DNA of 64,000 bases from Leucoraja erinacea (lineage: Eukaryota): the NCBI RefSeq assembly GCF_028641065.1, contig NC_073381.1:77624001-77688000 (forward strand), in the 5' to 3' direction. Positions within the stretch are counted from its first letter, which is position 1; the number at the start of each line of letters is the position of its first letter. Positions 36,025-49,236 of the stretch are shown in pieces. A model generated the notes under the pieces. The model did not search any database, had not been told where the DNA came from, and saw nothing but the letters and a program-made list of their open reading frames with translations. The position numbers and the translations under genes were made by a program.

Positions 36025-37850
36025 ATATAACCATATAACCATATAACAATTACAGCACGGAAACAGGCCATCTCGACCCTTCTAGTCCGTGCCGAACACA
36101 TATTCTCCCCTAGTCCCATATACCTGCGCTCAGACCATAACCCTCCATTCCCTTCCCATCCATATAACTATCCAATTTATTTTTAAATGATAAAAACAAA
36201 CCTGCCTCCACCACCTTCACTGGAAGCTCATTCCACACAGCTACCACTCTCTGAGTAAAGAAGTTCCCCCTCATGTTACCCCTAAACTTCTGTCCCTTAA
36301 TTCTCAAGTCATGTCCCCTTGTTTGAATCTTCCCTACTCTCAGTGGGAAAAGCTTTTCCACGTCAACTCTGTCTATCCCTCTCATCATTTTAAAAACCTC
36401 TATCAAGTCCCCCCTTAACCTTCTGCGCTCCAAAGAATAAAGCCCTAACTTGTTCAACCTTTCTCTGTAACTTAGTTGCTGAAACCCAGGCAACATTCTA
36501 GTAAATCTCCTCTGTACTCTCTCTATTTTGTTGACATCCTTCCTATAATTAGGCGACCAAAATTGTACACCATACTCCAGAATTGGCCTCACCAATGCCT
36601 TGTACAATTTTAACATTACATCCCAACTTCTATACTCAATGCTCTGATTTATAAAGGCCAGCACACCAAAAGCTTTCTTTACCACCCTATCTACATGAGA
36701 TTCCACTTTCAGGGAACTGTGCACAGTTATTCCCAGATCCCTCTGTTCACCTACATTCTTCAATTCCCTACCATTTACCATGTACGTCCTATTTTGATTT
36801 GTCCTGCCAAGATGTAGCACCTCACACTTATCAGCATTAAACTCCATCTGCCATCTTTCAGCCCACTCTTCCAACTGGCATAAATCTCTCTGTAGACTTT
36901 GAAACTCTACTTCATTACCCGCAACCCCACCTATCTTAGTATCATCTGCATACTTACTAATCCAATTTACCACACCATCATCCAGATCATTGATGTACAT
37001 GACAAACAACAGTGGACCCAACACAGATCCCTGTGGCACCCCACTCGTCACTGGCCTCCAACCTGACAAACAACCATCCACCATTACTCTCTGGCATCTC
37101 CCATTCAGCCACTGTTGAATCCATCTTGCTACTCCACCATTAATACCCAACCATTGAACCTTCTTAACCAACCTTCCATGAGGAACCTTGTCAAAGGCCT
37201 TACTGAAGTCCATATATACACAACATCCACTGCTTTACCCTCATCAATTTCCCGAGTAACATCTTCAAAAAATTCAAGAAGATTAGTTAAACATGACCTT
37301 CCAGGCACAAATCCATGTTGACTGTTCCTAATCAGACCCTGTTTATCCAGATGCTTATATATATTATCTCTAAGTATTCTTTCCATTAATTTGCCCACCA
37401 CTGACGTCAAACTAACAGGTCTATAATTGCTAGGTTTACTCTTAGACCCCTTTTTAAACAATGGAACAACATACGCAGTACGCCAATCCTCCGGCACTAT
37501 TCCCGTTTCTAATGACATTTGAAATATTTCTGCCATAGCCCCTGCTATTTCTACACTAACTTCCCTCAATGTTCTAGGGAATATCCTGTCCGGACCTGGA
37601 GACTTATCCACTTTTATATTTCTCAAAAGTGTCAGTACTTCCTCTTCTTTGATCCTCATAGTTTCCATAGCTACTCTACTTGTTTCCCTTACCTCACATA
37701 ATTCAATATCCTTCTCCTTGGTGAATACCGAAGAAAAGAAAATGTTCAATATCTCCCCCATCTCTTTTGGCTCTGCAGATAGTTGTCCACTCTGACTCTC
37801 TAATGGACCAATTTTATCCCTCGTTATCCTTTTGCTATTAATATAGCGGT
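36025..37850 (-). mobile_element. Young 5'-truncated CR1 LINE with an almost intact RT ORF, inserted in a V-SINE
   Basis: ORFs 37129-37911 and 36110-37213 ([30 protein letters not shown]) joined by one frameshift; TSD agtacc at 36019-36024 and 37851-37856. Confidence 0.95.
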
Positions 37851-38809
37851 AGTACCCGGAGAAAACCCACGTGGTCACAGGGAGAACATGCAAAGTCCAC
37901 ACAGGCAGCACCCATGGTCAGGATCGAACCTGGGTCTCTGGCGCTGTGAAACAACAACTCTACCGTTGCACCGTTATATTTCCCTAGCTGGATGAATTTC
38001 TGGGTGCCACTTAACAGAAGGGTGGATAGCCAGTTGATTAGGAACCAGCTGTTGTACTACTTTATGCGAAGAAAGAGTACATAGTTGCAGAAAAAATGGG
38101 AGGGGAGAAGTTTCAGAAGCCGTATCAATGAACCAAATCGAGGAAAACTAGAACTAATATGTTGGCAAGTATAGGTGGACCCCGAGTTACGAATGGGTTT
38201 CATTCCTGAGAAGTATCCGTCAGCTGATTTCTCTATAAATACAACCACTTTCTATTTAAGAAGGAACTGCAGATGCTGGAAAATCAAAGGTAGACAAAAG
38301 TAGTCTGAAGAAGGGTTTCGGTCCGAAAAGTTGCCTATTTCCTTCGCTCCATAGATGCTGCTGCACCCACTGAGTTTCTCCAGCACTTTTGTCAACCACT
38401 TTCTATAGTAACCAACATACACTTGCATTAGTTATTTTGTTACAATGTATAATCTCCATAACTCAATCCCATAATTAAACTAAGGGGATATATCCAATCA
38501 TTAATTAATATAATGAAACATTTTATTATTCTCGTTATTATCTTGTAAAATGCTTTCAAACTTTATGGGAGAATTTGCGTAAAGTTGTATTTTGATAAGT
38601 CAGGTCATTTGTAATCATGTTACATCCTGTTTAAACAGAGATTTCTGAAGAAGGTTTGTGTTCATAAATTCAAAAGTTATAGGTGCAGAATTAGGCCATT
38701 TGGCCCGTCAAGTCTACGTGTACAAACTCTACTTGTAACAAAGTACAAATGCTGTAATTTTCAAGAATGGATGTGATCTAATAATGTAGCGGGTGTTCTT
38801 GCTTTTCAG

Positions 38810-38946
38810 ATGGCGTTGCCAGTAGTGGCAGTTTCTGGCAGCTGATGTTAATCCCTAAAGTTACTTTAATGTGCCTGATTATCTTTTCCATAAGTTCATG
38901 CATTGCATTCCTGGATCCCACCATATCCTTGTTTCTTATTGAAAAG
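38810..38946 (+). CDS. SLC18B1: SLC18B1 exon 7 (DGVASSGSFWQLMLIPKVTLMCLIIFSISSCIAFLDPTISLFLIEK)
   Basis: ttttcag|...AAG|gtac, 137 nt; FLDPT motif. Confidence 0.93.
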
Positions 38947-39169
38947 GTACTTTTCCTCTGTGATGCATTCCTTCTATTTCCTTTTATGTTGTGAGGTATG
39001 AGGAGTGAACTAATTCAGCTTTTTAAAAAAGCTAAACCCCGATTTGTCTGGATAGTATCAAACCATTCTCATTTTAAATGTGTTAACTTGTTTGTGAATT
39101 AAGTGACAAGGTAAATTTAATGTGAAACTTTTCAAACTTTATCCCTGGTTTCTTTTAAAGGGAAAATAA

Positions 39170-39478
39170 CATAGAAACATAGAAAATAGGTGCAGGAGTA
39201 GGCCATTCGGCCCTTCGAGCCTGCACCACCATTCAATATGATCATGGCTGATCATCCAACTCAGTATCCCGTACCTGCCTTCTCTCCATACCCCCTGATC
39301 CCTTTAGCCACAAGGGCCACATCTAACTCCCTCTAAAATATAGCCAATGAACTGGCCTCAACTACCTTCTGTGGCAGAGAATTCCACAGATTCACACTCT
39401 CTGTGTGAAAAAAGTTTTTCTCATCTCGGTCCTAAAAGACTTCCCCCTTATCCTTAAACTGTGACCCCTTGTTCTGGA
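39170..39478 (-). mobile_element. CR1 LINE 3' end, (CTATGTTT)n-tailed subfamily
   Basis: Similar copies at 21800-21918, 43168-43640, 55890-56562 and 61745-62186. Confidence 0.88.
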
Positions 39479-40738
39479 GTTGCTGTAAACAGTTTGGCAC
39501 AACTGTTGAGGATTTGTGGTTAAATAAAAATTGTTAAAGGATTTTTAAAAAAGGATTAAAAGAAAAAAGAGAAATAAAACTTGTGGCTCAGTGGCGCATC
39601 GGTTGAGTTGTTGACTTGCAACGACAGACACCCGGTTTAATCCTGTCTACGGACGCTGTTTGTATGGATCGTGCATGTTCTCCCAGTTGGGCTTTCTCTG
39701 GGTTCTCTGTTTTTTTCCTACATTCCAAACACGTGTAGGTTTGTAGATTAATTGGATTCTATAAATTGCCCCTAGTGTGTATGATGCAACTAGTGTACGT
39801 TCTGTCATTGGTCGGTGCAGACGTGGTGGGCTGAAGAGCCTATTTCCACGCTGTATCTCTAAACTAAGCGAAACTAAACTAAAAAGGAAGTTGCACATTA
39901 AAACTAGAGTAAAACTATTAAGAAGTGGAACGATCATTAGTTTTTCTCACAATAGTTAGTGGAAAGATTGTGATGTTCAGTGCATATCACACAGGACAAA
40001 TCCAAGATTTTTGCATCAGAAGAATGAAGCAGGATCACCATTGACTTCTATAAACTCTGCACATTCCTGTTTTTCACATCATGGAAAGGTTAAAGAGGGA
40101 ATAGTGAAATTATGAAGGATTCCCAAGAATGATAGCTGTACTAAGATGGTGTGTCGCCATCATGTGGCCGAGCCACTTTGGTTTTGAACCTTCGCTTGTC
40201 GAGCTCAAGATCTCTCGTGAACTGGGTTGAACAATCAACGCCAATCTGGGTGGTCAGGTGACGGGGTGCAGCAGATGACAGAGTTAGACTTCACTTGTCA
40301 GCCATCGCTTTTGTACTAATATTAAACTGTTTAAATATTAAATGAGTGTTTATACAACACACAAATCTCTTCAATGGTCCAATTAAACAGAATGGAGGAA
40401 AATGACAAGTCTGGTAATGACTGTAGTAGCAAACCTTAAACAATATGACAAAATAATCATGGAGAATGTGGTTCTCTCTGTGATGAATCTAAAATTAAAA
40501 ATCAGGTGGTCATTAATAAATATCAAGTTCAAGTTTAAGTGAGTTTATTGTCATGTGTTCCTGATAGGACAATGAAATTATTGCTTTGCTTCAGCACACA
40601 GAACATAGTGGGCATTTAATACAAAACAGATCAATGTGTCCATATACTATAGTATAATATAAACATAAAGTGAGATTGTTAGATTTTTAGATAATATGGA
40701 TATTGGGTGATATGGGATTAGCACAGGAAAGTGGCACT

Positions 40739-40808
40739 GAGATAAAGTATTAGCTGTGATCCTTTGAATAGCAGAGATAAAGTATTAGCCGTGATCCTTT
40801 GAATAGCA
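40739..40808. repeat. 35-bp tandem duplication
   Basis: gagataaagtattagcygtgatcctttgaatagca occurs twice in tandem. Confidence 0.85.
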
Positions 40809-41321
40809 GAGTGAGCAGGAGGGGTAAAGCAGCCTGTATCTGCTTCAGTGTCTGTACTTGTGACTGCGTGGATCATACATCATTTAGAGTCAAAGAAACG
40901 GGTTGTTCGACCCACTGAGTCCAATTTACCAACAGCCATTTACTCTAATCATAGATGAATCCCATGCTGTTCTCCCCACATTCCCATCTCTCCCCTCACT
41001 CCCCTACTGCTTCCCCGAATCAAGCATTCATAGAACATAGGAAAGCACAACACAGGACCCACAATACTCGCGTTGAACAAGATGCAAAGATAATCTGAAC
41101 ATGCAATGCTCTTGTCATTTTTTCTGAATTAAAAGAGGTGCCGGATCATCAGTTGCTGGAATATCGGTGGTGAACCTGTACCAGTTAAAAGCTTTTTAAA
41201 TAAAAAATAGTTTTAACTTGTTTCAATGTGGCTTATTTAACTAGTTGTATTTTAAACAATATGTAAAGCCACGTATGATTTATGCAACGTTGACTGTAAT
41301 TTTTTTTCTTACATTTCCCAG

Positions 41322-41423
41322 TTCAAATTGACGCCTGGATCTGTGGGACTAGTGTTCCTGGGACATGCATTGGCTTATGCGCTATCCTCTCCGTTTCTCG
41401 GATTGCTGTCTGATAAAATACCA
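41322..41423 (+). CDS. SLC18B1: SLC18B1 exon 8 (FKLTPGSVGLVFLGHALAYALSSPFLGLLSDKIP)
   Basis: tcccag|...|gtaagt, 102 nt. Confidence 0.95.
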
Positions 41424-43167
41424 GTAAGTATTGGCTTTGGCTTATTTCATTATAAAGATTTAAATTCACAAATACAGATCTTTTTACCTGTTGTGATAAA
41501 CTTCCCTTTTTTTATTCAACTGATTTTTGTCGGCGTTCAAGAAAATCTAATAATCTTGGTATAGAAATAAAAATGTAAATGTCATAACTTCAGTTCACGA
41601 TTGCAGATGGTGTTTAAAAAAAAAAAAAAAAAAAGCTGCAGTCAGTGACCTGTCATACCTGTCTTAACAGTAAGCTAGGATTTGGAAGTTTGCAAGATTT
41701 GTTCTGGTATTCCTGGATGTTCAGGTTGTGCATTTTGAAATGGTCTGCTTGCTTGGGTCCTGCCACAGGCAAATGTGGTCACAATCAACAAACTATAAAT
41801 GAATGGAAAGTTTCCTCTCGCCTGTCTTCAGCTGTAAACATTATGACTCATCTATGTTTTCCAGTGTAACTGTGAAGATGTGCTGTTTTGCCATCACATT
41901 TCAATTGATAACCTTGGGGTTAGTTTAAAAAAAATAAAAGATAGTACCTTTCATGACTCTGAATGTATTGAAGTGTTTTATAGCTAACATCGTACTTTAC
42001 AATTATAGTCTCTGTTGTACAACCCACACCATTTAGATTATAGAAAATATTATATATTTGGTGCAAGGTCTTCATAAGTGATAGGAGCAGAATTAGTCTG
42101 TTCGGCCCATCAAGGCTACTCCGCCATTTATAAGATTATAAGATCATGTGATAGGAACAGAATTAGGCCATTCCACCCATCAAGTCTACTCTGCCATTCA
42201 ATCATGGCTTTCCTTTCCCTCTCAACTCCATTCTCATGCCTTCTCCCCATAACCTCTGACACCTGTACTTATCAAGAATCTATCTACAGTATCTATGCCT
42301 TAAAAATATCCATCGACTTGGCCTCTTTGATCCTAAAGTAAAGTATATTAGCCGGGTTAGTGAGTGTGCTAATGAATGGGAGGGAATGAAGTTGGCTGCG
42401 GAACCCTTGTGAAGCAGCTAAAAATAATTAAAAAGTCAAACTCCTGGAATTTCTGAAACCTTGAACCTAAAATACAAATAAAGTGAACCATTTCCTGTAA
42501 ATCATCACCTGTAAAGAAATATGTTCATATTTTTATTGAAAGGTATTTTTAAATTATTTTCAGCTGGATGGCACGTCACCAAAGTGTTTTTAATATTGAT
42601 TAATTGTAAAGGATTTATTATTTCTCTGGCATGTCTTTTTCCGACAAAACGGCTTAAACCTGCTTGTGCTTTTTACAGTCTGCATATTAGGCTGATCTCA
42701 GATACCAACCACGTAGCACAAAAACGTAAATAATCTCAAAAAAAGACAGTGCGCTGGAATAACTCAGCAAGTCAGGCAGCATCTCTGCATGGATAGGTGA
42801 TGTTTTGTGTTGGCACTCTTCTTAAGACACATTCTCTTGACCTGTCCACATTCCCCTGAGATGCTGCCTGACCTGCTAAATTTCTCCAACACTTTGTCTT
42901 TTCTTTGTATAAACCAGCGTCTGCAGTTCCTTGTACCTCAAATAATCTCACTTTGATTTACAAACCATCTTCCACCCAGCAGCATTATTGTTGGTAAGGG
43001 CTTTACAATTGTTTCCTAGTGTCTTTGCCCCTCTGGTTAACCTGGAATGATCATTTTTGGTGCCTTAAAGTGTAGTAGTGTAGAAAATTACACCTTTCGT
43101 TGCACAGTTCATTCAAATGGGTATTGTTGATTTGACAATACAAATTAGATTGTAATTTAGTGATTGA

Positions 43168-43640
43168 AACATAGAAACATAGAAAATAGTTGCAGGAGTA
43201 GGCCATTTGGCTCTTCGAGCCTGCACCGCCATTCAATATGATCATGGCTGATCATCCAACTCGGTATCCTGTACCTGCCTTCTCTCCATACCCCCTGATC
43301 CCTTTAGCCACAAGGGCCACATCTAACTCCCTCTTATATATAGCCAATGAACTGGCCTCAACTACCTTCTGTGGCAGAGAATTCCAGAGATTCACCACTC
43401 TCTGTGTGAAAAATGTTTTCCTCATCTCGGTCCTAAAAGATTTCCCCCTTATCCTTAAGCTGTGACCTCTTGTTCTGGACTTCCCCAACATCGGGAACAA
43501 TCTTCCTGCATCTAGCCTGTCCAACCCCTTAAGAATTTTGTAAGTTTCTATAAGATCCCCCCTCAATCTTCTAAATTCTAGTGAGTACAAGCCGAGTCTA
43601 TCCAGTCTTTCTTCATATGAAAGTCCTGACATCCCAGGAA
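43168..43640 (-). mobile_element. CR1 LINE 3' fragment
   Basis: GLSYEERLDRLGLYSLEFRRLRGDLIETYKI frame, open to the end. Confidence 0.92.
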
Positions 43641-44028
43641 TCCTACTTCAATACTTAGACACAAGGAACTACAGATCTTGGTTTACCATAAAATACACCA
43701 AGTGCTGGAGTAACTTAGATGATCCGGCAGTATCTATGGAGAACATGGATAGGCAGCATTTAGATTCTGTAGAAGGGTCCTGACCCGAAACATCACCTGT
43801 GCATGTCCTCCACAGATGCTCCCTGACATTCTGAGTTACTTCCGCACTTTGTGTCTTTTTTACTTTAATACTGTAGCTTTCAATACCATCACCAAAGCAT
43901 ATAAAGAACAGGGGGGGATGTTGATTTCCTGAAAATCTAATGATGCAATCTAGAATGCAATCCCAAACTGGACTTGATAATTCTCATTTTGCTGTCTTTT
44001 TTTCCTTTTCTCTTTTCCTCAATTCCAG

Positions 44029-44120
44029 AGAATTAGGAAATGGTTAATGCTGGTTGGAAGTTGGCTAATTGCAGTGAGTTTCCTGTTGCTGGGGCCAGCA
44101 CCCTTTTTACACATTAAGGG
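44029..44120 (+). CDS. SLC18B1: SLC18B1 exon 9 (RIRKWLMLVGSWLIAVSFLLLGPAPFLHIKG)
   Basis: Long pyrimidine tract, ccag|...|gtaggt, 92 nt. Confidence 0.93.
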
Positions 44121-46404
44121 GTAGGTATCTTAATAGTTTTGTTTTATTCATCACACTGTTGGGAATGTGTTGTTGCGAGTGGTGAAGCAGTGGCTTTTGG
44201 TCTTCATCATCTATTAAGTTGCCCACTGAAGTTTGGCAAGCCTGCCACCTGTATGATTCCAGCATGTCAGGGGCATATGCATCGCATCACGGGAGAGACA
44301 TTACATTTTATACAGCCATGAGAATGCTTGAGAAACATTTAAAGTTCAGGGCTAGGAAGCTTTCTCAGCAAACATCTGACATACGACATAATTAGTCCTA
44401 CAAAATGTTAATTTTCCACCTGTCCGTTGAATGACAATTAGCTCAAGATTATGTCACAACATTGAATGTGAGGTTTGCAACAAACAGGCTTTGCAGAGGC
44501 AAAATATTATTATTAGCAAAATGAGGATTACTGTACATGATTTTTAATGTGGAGACTCATGTGGTATTGCAAATTTTATGTTGCAATAAAGGTGATCACC
44601 AGCAACACACCATTGTCGGGATTAGCAGAAACTGGATCATTGTGCAATGATGTGGAATATAATACCTGAAACAATGGTGGAATGGGGGGGGAGGGTGGTT
44701 AACACCAAATTTCAAAATTAAATCGGACAAAAATTTGAAGGGAGAAAAAAACGAGGAACAGTGAGAAAGAGTAAGGGAGTGGGCTAATTGGATAGCTCCC
44801 AACGTGAAAGAATGATACTCGAATGATAATTTATTGTCAAATGTACCTAGGTACAGTGAAATTCCTTGTTTGAATACAATATACAAGTATGCAAAGAGTC
44901 GCCATGTATAGGGCACCGACAAATATGGCATATGCCAGCTAGTTTCTCGTGTGTATTCAGATTAGCCAAATAAAGACTTCGTCATAGAATCATAGTCATA
45001 GATTCATACAGTGTGGGAACAGGCCCTTCAGGCCAACTTGCCCACACCGGACAACATGTCCCAGCTACATTAGTCCCATCTGCCTGCACTTAGTCCATAT
45101 CCCTCCAAACTTGTCCTATCCATGTACTTGTCCGAGTACACGCCGATCAGTAATTCCCCGCACACTAACTCTACCCAACACACACTTGGAACAATTTTAC
45201 ATTAATACCAAGCCAATTAACCTACAAACCTGTACGTCATTGGAGTGTGGGAGGAAACCTGAGCCGGGGGAAACCCATGCAGATCATGGGGAGAACGTAC
45301 AAACACCGTACAGACAGCACCAATAGTCAGGATCGAACCCGGGTCTCTGCCCCACCATGCCAAATGGAAACATTTGATTCCAGAAAGGAAAAGACTAGGA
45401 AAGGGAGAAATAACAGAGATTGTAAATGATTATTTTGGAACAAGAGACAAAAGAACATCCTAACAATAATGGGTAATCAGGGAAGGGAGGAACCTAGAAT
45501 AACAATCCATCATTGGAGAAAAAGTGCCAACCAAGCTAATGGGATTGAAAGCTAATTACATGCCGTGAAGCTCTTGTCCAAAATTTTGGCTCTTACAGGA
45601 TGTGGCTGCAGAGATATTGGATGCATCGGTTGTGTTGAGCATTCAAAGAACCTTTTAAGGAATGTAGATAAAAAAGTGTGGGAAGGAACTGCAGAAGCTG
45701 GTTTACACCAAAGATAGACTCAAAATGCTTGAGTAACTCAGCGGGTCAAGCAACATCGCTGAAGAAAAGGACTAGGTGAGGTTTTGGTTCGAAACCCTTC
45801 TACAGATTAAGAGTCAATTAATTTATATTTTGTATCGGGGGCCCTTCCGTAGAACTGGGGGAAGAGAAGAGTCAGTCCCTGGAAATATCAACTCCAGATA
45901 TAAGTTTTTTTTTTTTTGGCCTTCCATCACAGCAATGTGATGGATGTTTATGTAAAATGTAAATCATGTTGTGTCTGGGGTCTATTTGTTGTAATGTATG
46001 GCTGCAGAAACAGCATTTCGTTTGGACCTCAAGGGGTCCAAATGACATTTAAATTGACTCTTGACAGATAGCTGAGTAGACAAAATAACGAAATATATTC
46101 AAGGCAGAAATTTGAACTGCAAAGTGTCAAAGAGTATGGGGAGAAAATGGGAGAATGGTGCTGAAGACAAGATTGGGTCAATCTTGATCTAATTGAATGG
46201 CAGAGGAGAGTGTAGCGGCTGATTGTCCCGATGGTTGTGCTCCTGTTTCTTATGGTTTGTTAGCTGAATAGAAGCAAAGAACACAGTATTCTAACAGCAT
46301 TTATAATTCTTTGCCTATGCTTGCAATAATTTGGGTTGGAGTGTGACAACAACTGGTTCAATTAATATCTTTCTAATGATTTATCTTGTTTCTTTTGCCT
46401 ACAG

Positions 46405-46500
46405 GCAGTTATGGTTGTTTATTTCAATGCTGGTAGTAACTGGATTTTCACTTAGTTTGTGTGGCATTCCTGTTTTTCCAGAAGTCATCACATGTGTTTA
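46405..46500 (+). CDS. SLC18B1: SLC18B1 exon 10 (QLWLFISMLVVTGFSLSLCGIPVFPEVITCVY)
   Basis: tacag|...|gtaagt, 96 nt. Confidence 0.93.
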
Positions 46501-47007
46501 GTAAGTACGAACATAATTTTTAATATTTGTCTGCTGAGGAGAGTTTTGTATATTTTTCTTTGTGAAGGCATGAGCTTACATCATGCATATGGAATATGCA
46601 TGAAGGCATCTGGAAGGATCCATATGCCTTCATCCAAATCTTTTTTCCCAATTTCATAATCGTTTAATATAATTATAATGAAATAATAGGCGGAGAATTG
46701 TAATGGTTCCAAACGGACTTTGTTTCAAGTTCTCACTGGACTTTCTTTATAGGAAATTAGAAATAAGATTTTGCTACTTGTTCCAACTATGGCCCTAAAA
46801 TTTCATGTTTTAATCTGACTAAATGGTCTGATTATTGATTCATGGGATTTTGCCACATTCAAAATTCAGCGTATAATTTTCCATAACTGAAAATTGCCTT
46901 ACCTTTAGAAGTTGTGGCTGTTTATTAAATTGTCTTTTACAGTCCTCCAAGCCAATATCCACGCTGTGGTAAATCCTTAGGTTTAAAGTCAGCATTAAAT
47001 GTTTTTA

Positions 47008-47268
47008 CCGAAGATGGACACAAAATGCTGGAGTAACTCAGCGGGACAGGCAGCATCTCTGGAGAGAAGGAGTGGGTGACTTTTCGGGTAGAGACCCTTC
47101 TTCAGTCGGTTTAAACCAGCATCTGCAGTTCATCAGACCGAAGAAGGGTCTCAACCCGAAACATCACCCATTCCTTCTCTCCAGAGATGCTGCCTGCCCC
47201 GCTGAGTTACTTCAGCTTTTTGTGTCTATCTTCGGTTTAAACCAGCATCTGCAGTTCCTTCCTACACA
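47008..47268. mobile_element. Palindromic pair of Penelope pLTR-derived elements
   Basis: 47008-47107 is the reverse complement of 47135-47235, with a few mismatches. Confidence 0.85.
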
Positions 47269-47978
47269 TTAAATGTTTTCAGCTTTGCGCTGATGTGTTG
47301 CAATTTGACTGTCAAGAATCCAGCTGACACAGAAAACAAAGAAAGACACAAAATGCTGGAATAAACTCAGTAGGTCAAGCAGCATCCATGGAGAACATTG
47401 ATTGGTGATGTTTTGGGTCAGAACCCTTCTGGCAACTTGGATAGATGATGTTTCGCTTCTAGATTCTCCCTGGCAACTAATCAGTTGGATTCCCCCAAAG
47501 TTCTATTTGACAGTATTTTCATTCAAACCAAATGTCAAATTGATGCAAAAGATGTTTGTGCATTTGTAAATTGTCTATCAGATATTACTATATAAATGAG
47601 TTAATTTCAATATCAATATATTGTTTATGAGTAACCATAATGTATTAGTATTTTTAATGTCATGTTTGTAAACCCGAAGCTTTTACAAAGCTCGCATGTT
47701 ACAAAAGATAGTTTGACTGTTAAGTCTGATTGAAGAGCAGTATTTTAAGCAATTATTTTTAAACCTGAGGTATGACAACTTTTCATTACAAAAAATGTCT
47801 TCTGGATCCGTGACAATTAAAGTACATGAAGGAATGTCAACCAAACAAGTTGGGAAACTGCACGATGTCTGATCACTCCAGAGTTCTTGCAGTGTATAGG
47901 ACGTATTTAAGAAGCTTTTCTAAAAAATAGAAAGAGATTTCAATTTAATAATTGGTTTTGACTAATTTTTTTGTTCAG

Positions 47979-48053
47979 TGAAAGGGGATTTGAAAAAGGA
48001 CTTGGCACTTTAGGCATAGTGTCTGGAATATTTGGAGCATTTTGGTGTCTTGG
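47979..48053 (+). CDS. SLC18B1: SLC18B1 exon 11 (ERGFEKGLGTLGIVSGIFGAFWCLG)
   Basis: ttcag|...|gtatgt, 75 nt. Confidence 0.93.
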
Positions 48054-48973
48054 GTATGTACCTACCTACTTAGAAATCCTTCTGGTAACGATAGAAATAC
48101 TACTTATCAATAATTCAGTAGTTAACCATTGTGGAACTTTTTAATGCTCTTCTGTCTAAGTAATTTATGCCCAAAATATTCAATTCAAAATGACTTCACT
48201 TTAGCACAGATGTCAGGAGTTATGGGGAGAAGGCAGGAGACGGGTTAGAGAGGGAAATATAGATCAGCCATGATTGAATGGCGGAGTAAACTTGATGGGC
48301 CGAATGGCTTAATTCTGCTCCAAAAACCTATGAACTTTGTGTAGATGTCTGCCACCTGTAAAATGATAGTTTGCACTCCACATTTTCCCAGTGCTTGTTC
48401 TAACAGCGATTCACGTGAACAGAGAACATGTGACAGAAGCACACTTACAAAGCAAGTATTAATGAAAAATATGATCTGAACTTAATGTTTTAATAAAACT
48501 GATGCCAACATATGCAGGCTTATTTAGATAACAGGCACCTTACAAAGAAAGCGCAGTCTAAAGTACACTTTTGCAAGGAGCAATGGTAGCCCCTTGACTT
48601 GCCTGTCAGGTCAAGGAGAGAAACACCATGTGATTAGGACAGCAGCAGATTCTCTTGGCATTTGAAAGCCGACAGAGTTGAAGTTTTGTAAATCAGCAAG
48701 GACTCAATGTGCTGAATTTCCTCCTGCCCTACAGTCTGTGAAGGATGTGAAGAATATGTCCTTGAATGTCATTATCTAAAAGTATATTCTAGGTGTGGCA
48801 AGAAAGCATTAGAGAAGATCTTGATGTTTATTTCCATGGGGTATTTTATCAAATAGAGCAAAGGTGCCATTTCAATTTCCCCAACAACAGATTGATATGC
48901 TGTAACGGATAGGACCATGGTGTGTTTTAGTACACTCGATAATAACCAACTTTTTTTGGTCTTTTTAAACCAG

Positions 48974-49067
48974 GTCATTTGTAGGACCCACACTGGGTGG
49001 ATTTTTATATGACAAGTTGAATTTTGAGTGGGCTGCAACTATACAAGGAGGCATTCCATTTGTTTTT
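48974..49067 (+). CDS. SLC18B1: SLC18B1 exon 12 (SFVGPTLGGFLYDKLNFEWAATIQGGIPFVF)
   Basis: ccag|...|gtaagt, 94 nt; GPTLGGFLY..FEWAA motif. Confidence 0.95.
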
Positions 49068-49189
49068 GTAAGTAAAGATATACTGTAGATTATATGCCGA
49101 AAATGTAGCTATCATTTTATTAAAATATAAAATTTGAGAACAAAGATCCTTTTTAAAAATCATCCACATAATGGTATTTTGTCTCTTAG

Positions 49190-49236
49190 GGTACGTTATT
49201 GGGTGTGTACTATATGGTGGAAATGGCGCACAAGAG
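49190..49236 (+). CDS. SLC18B1: SLC18B1 exon 13 (GTLLGVYYMVEMAHKR)
   Basis: ctcttag|...AG|gtttgt, 47 nt. Confidence 0.85.

Noticed and set aside
40100-40358. Possible solo LTR (CpG-containing, attaaa signals, ends in ..CAACA)
   Set aside because: No clear TG start, TSD or second copy in the window.
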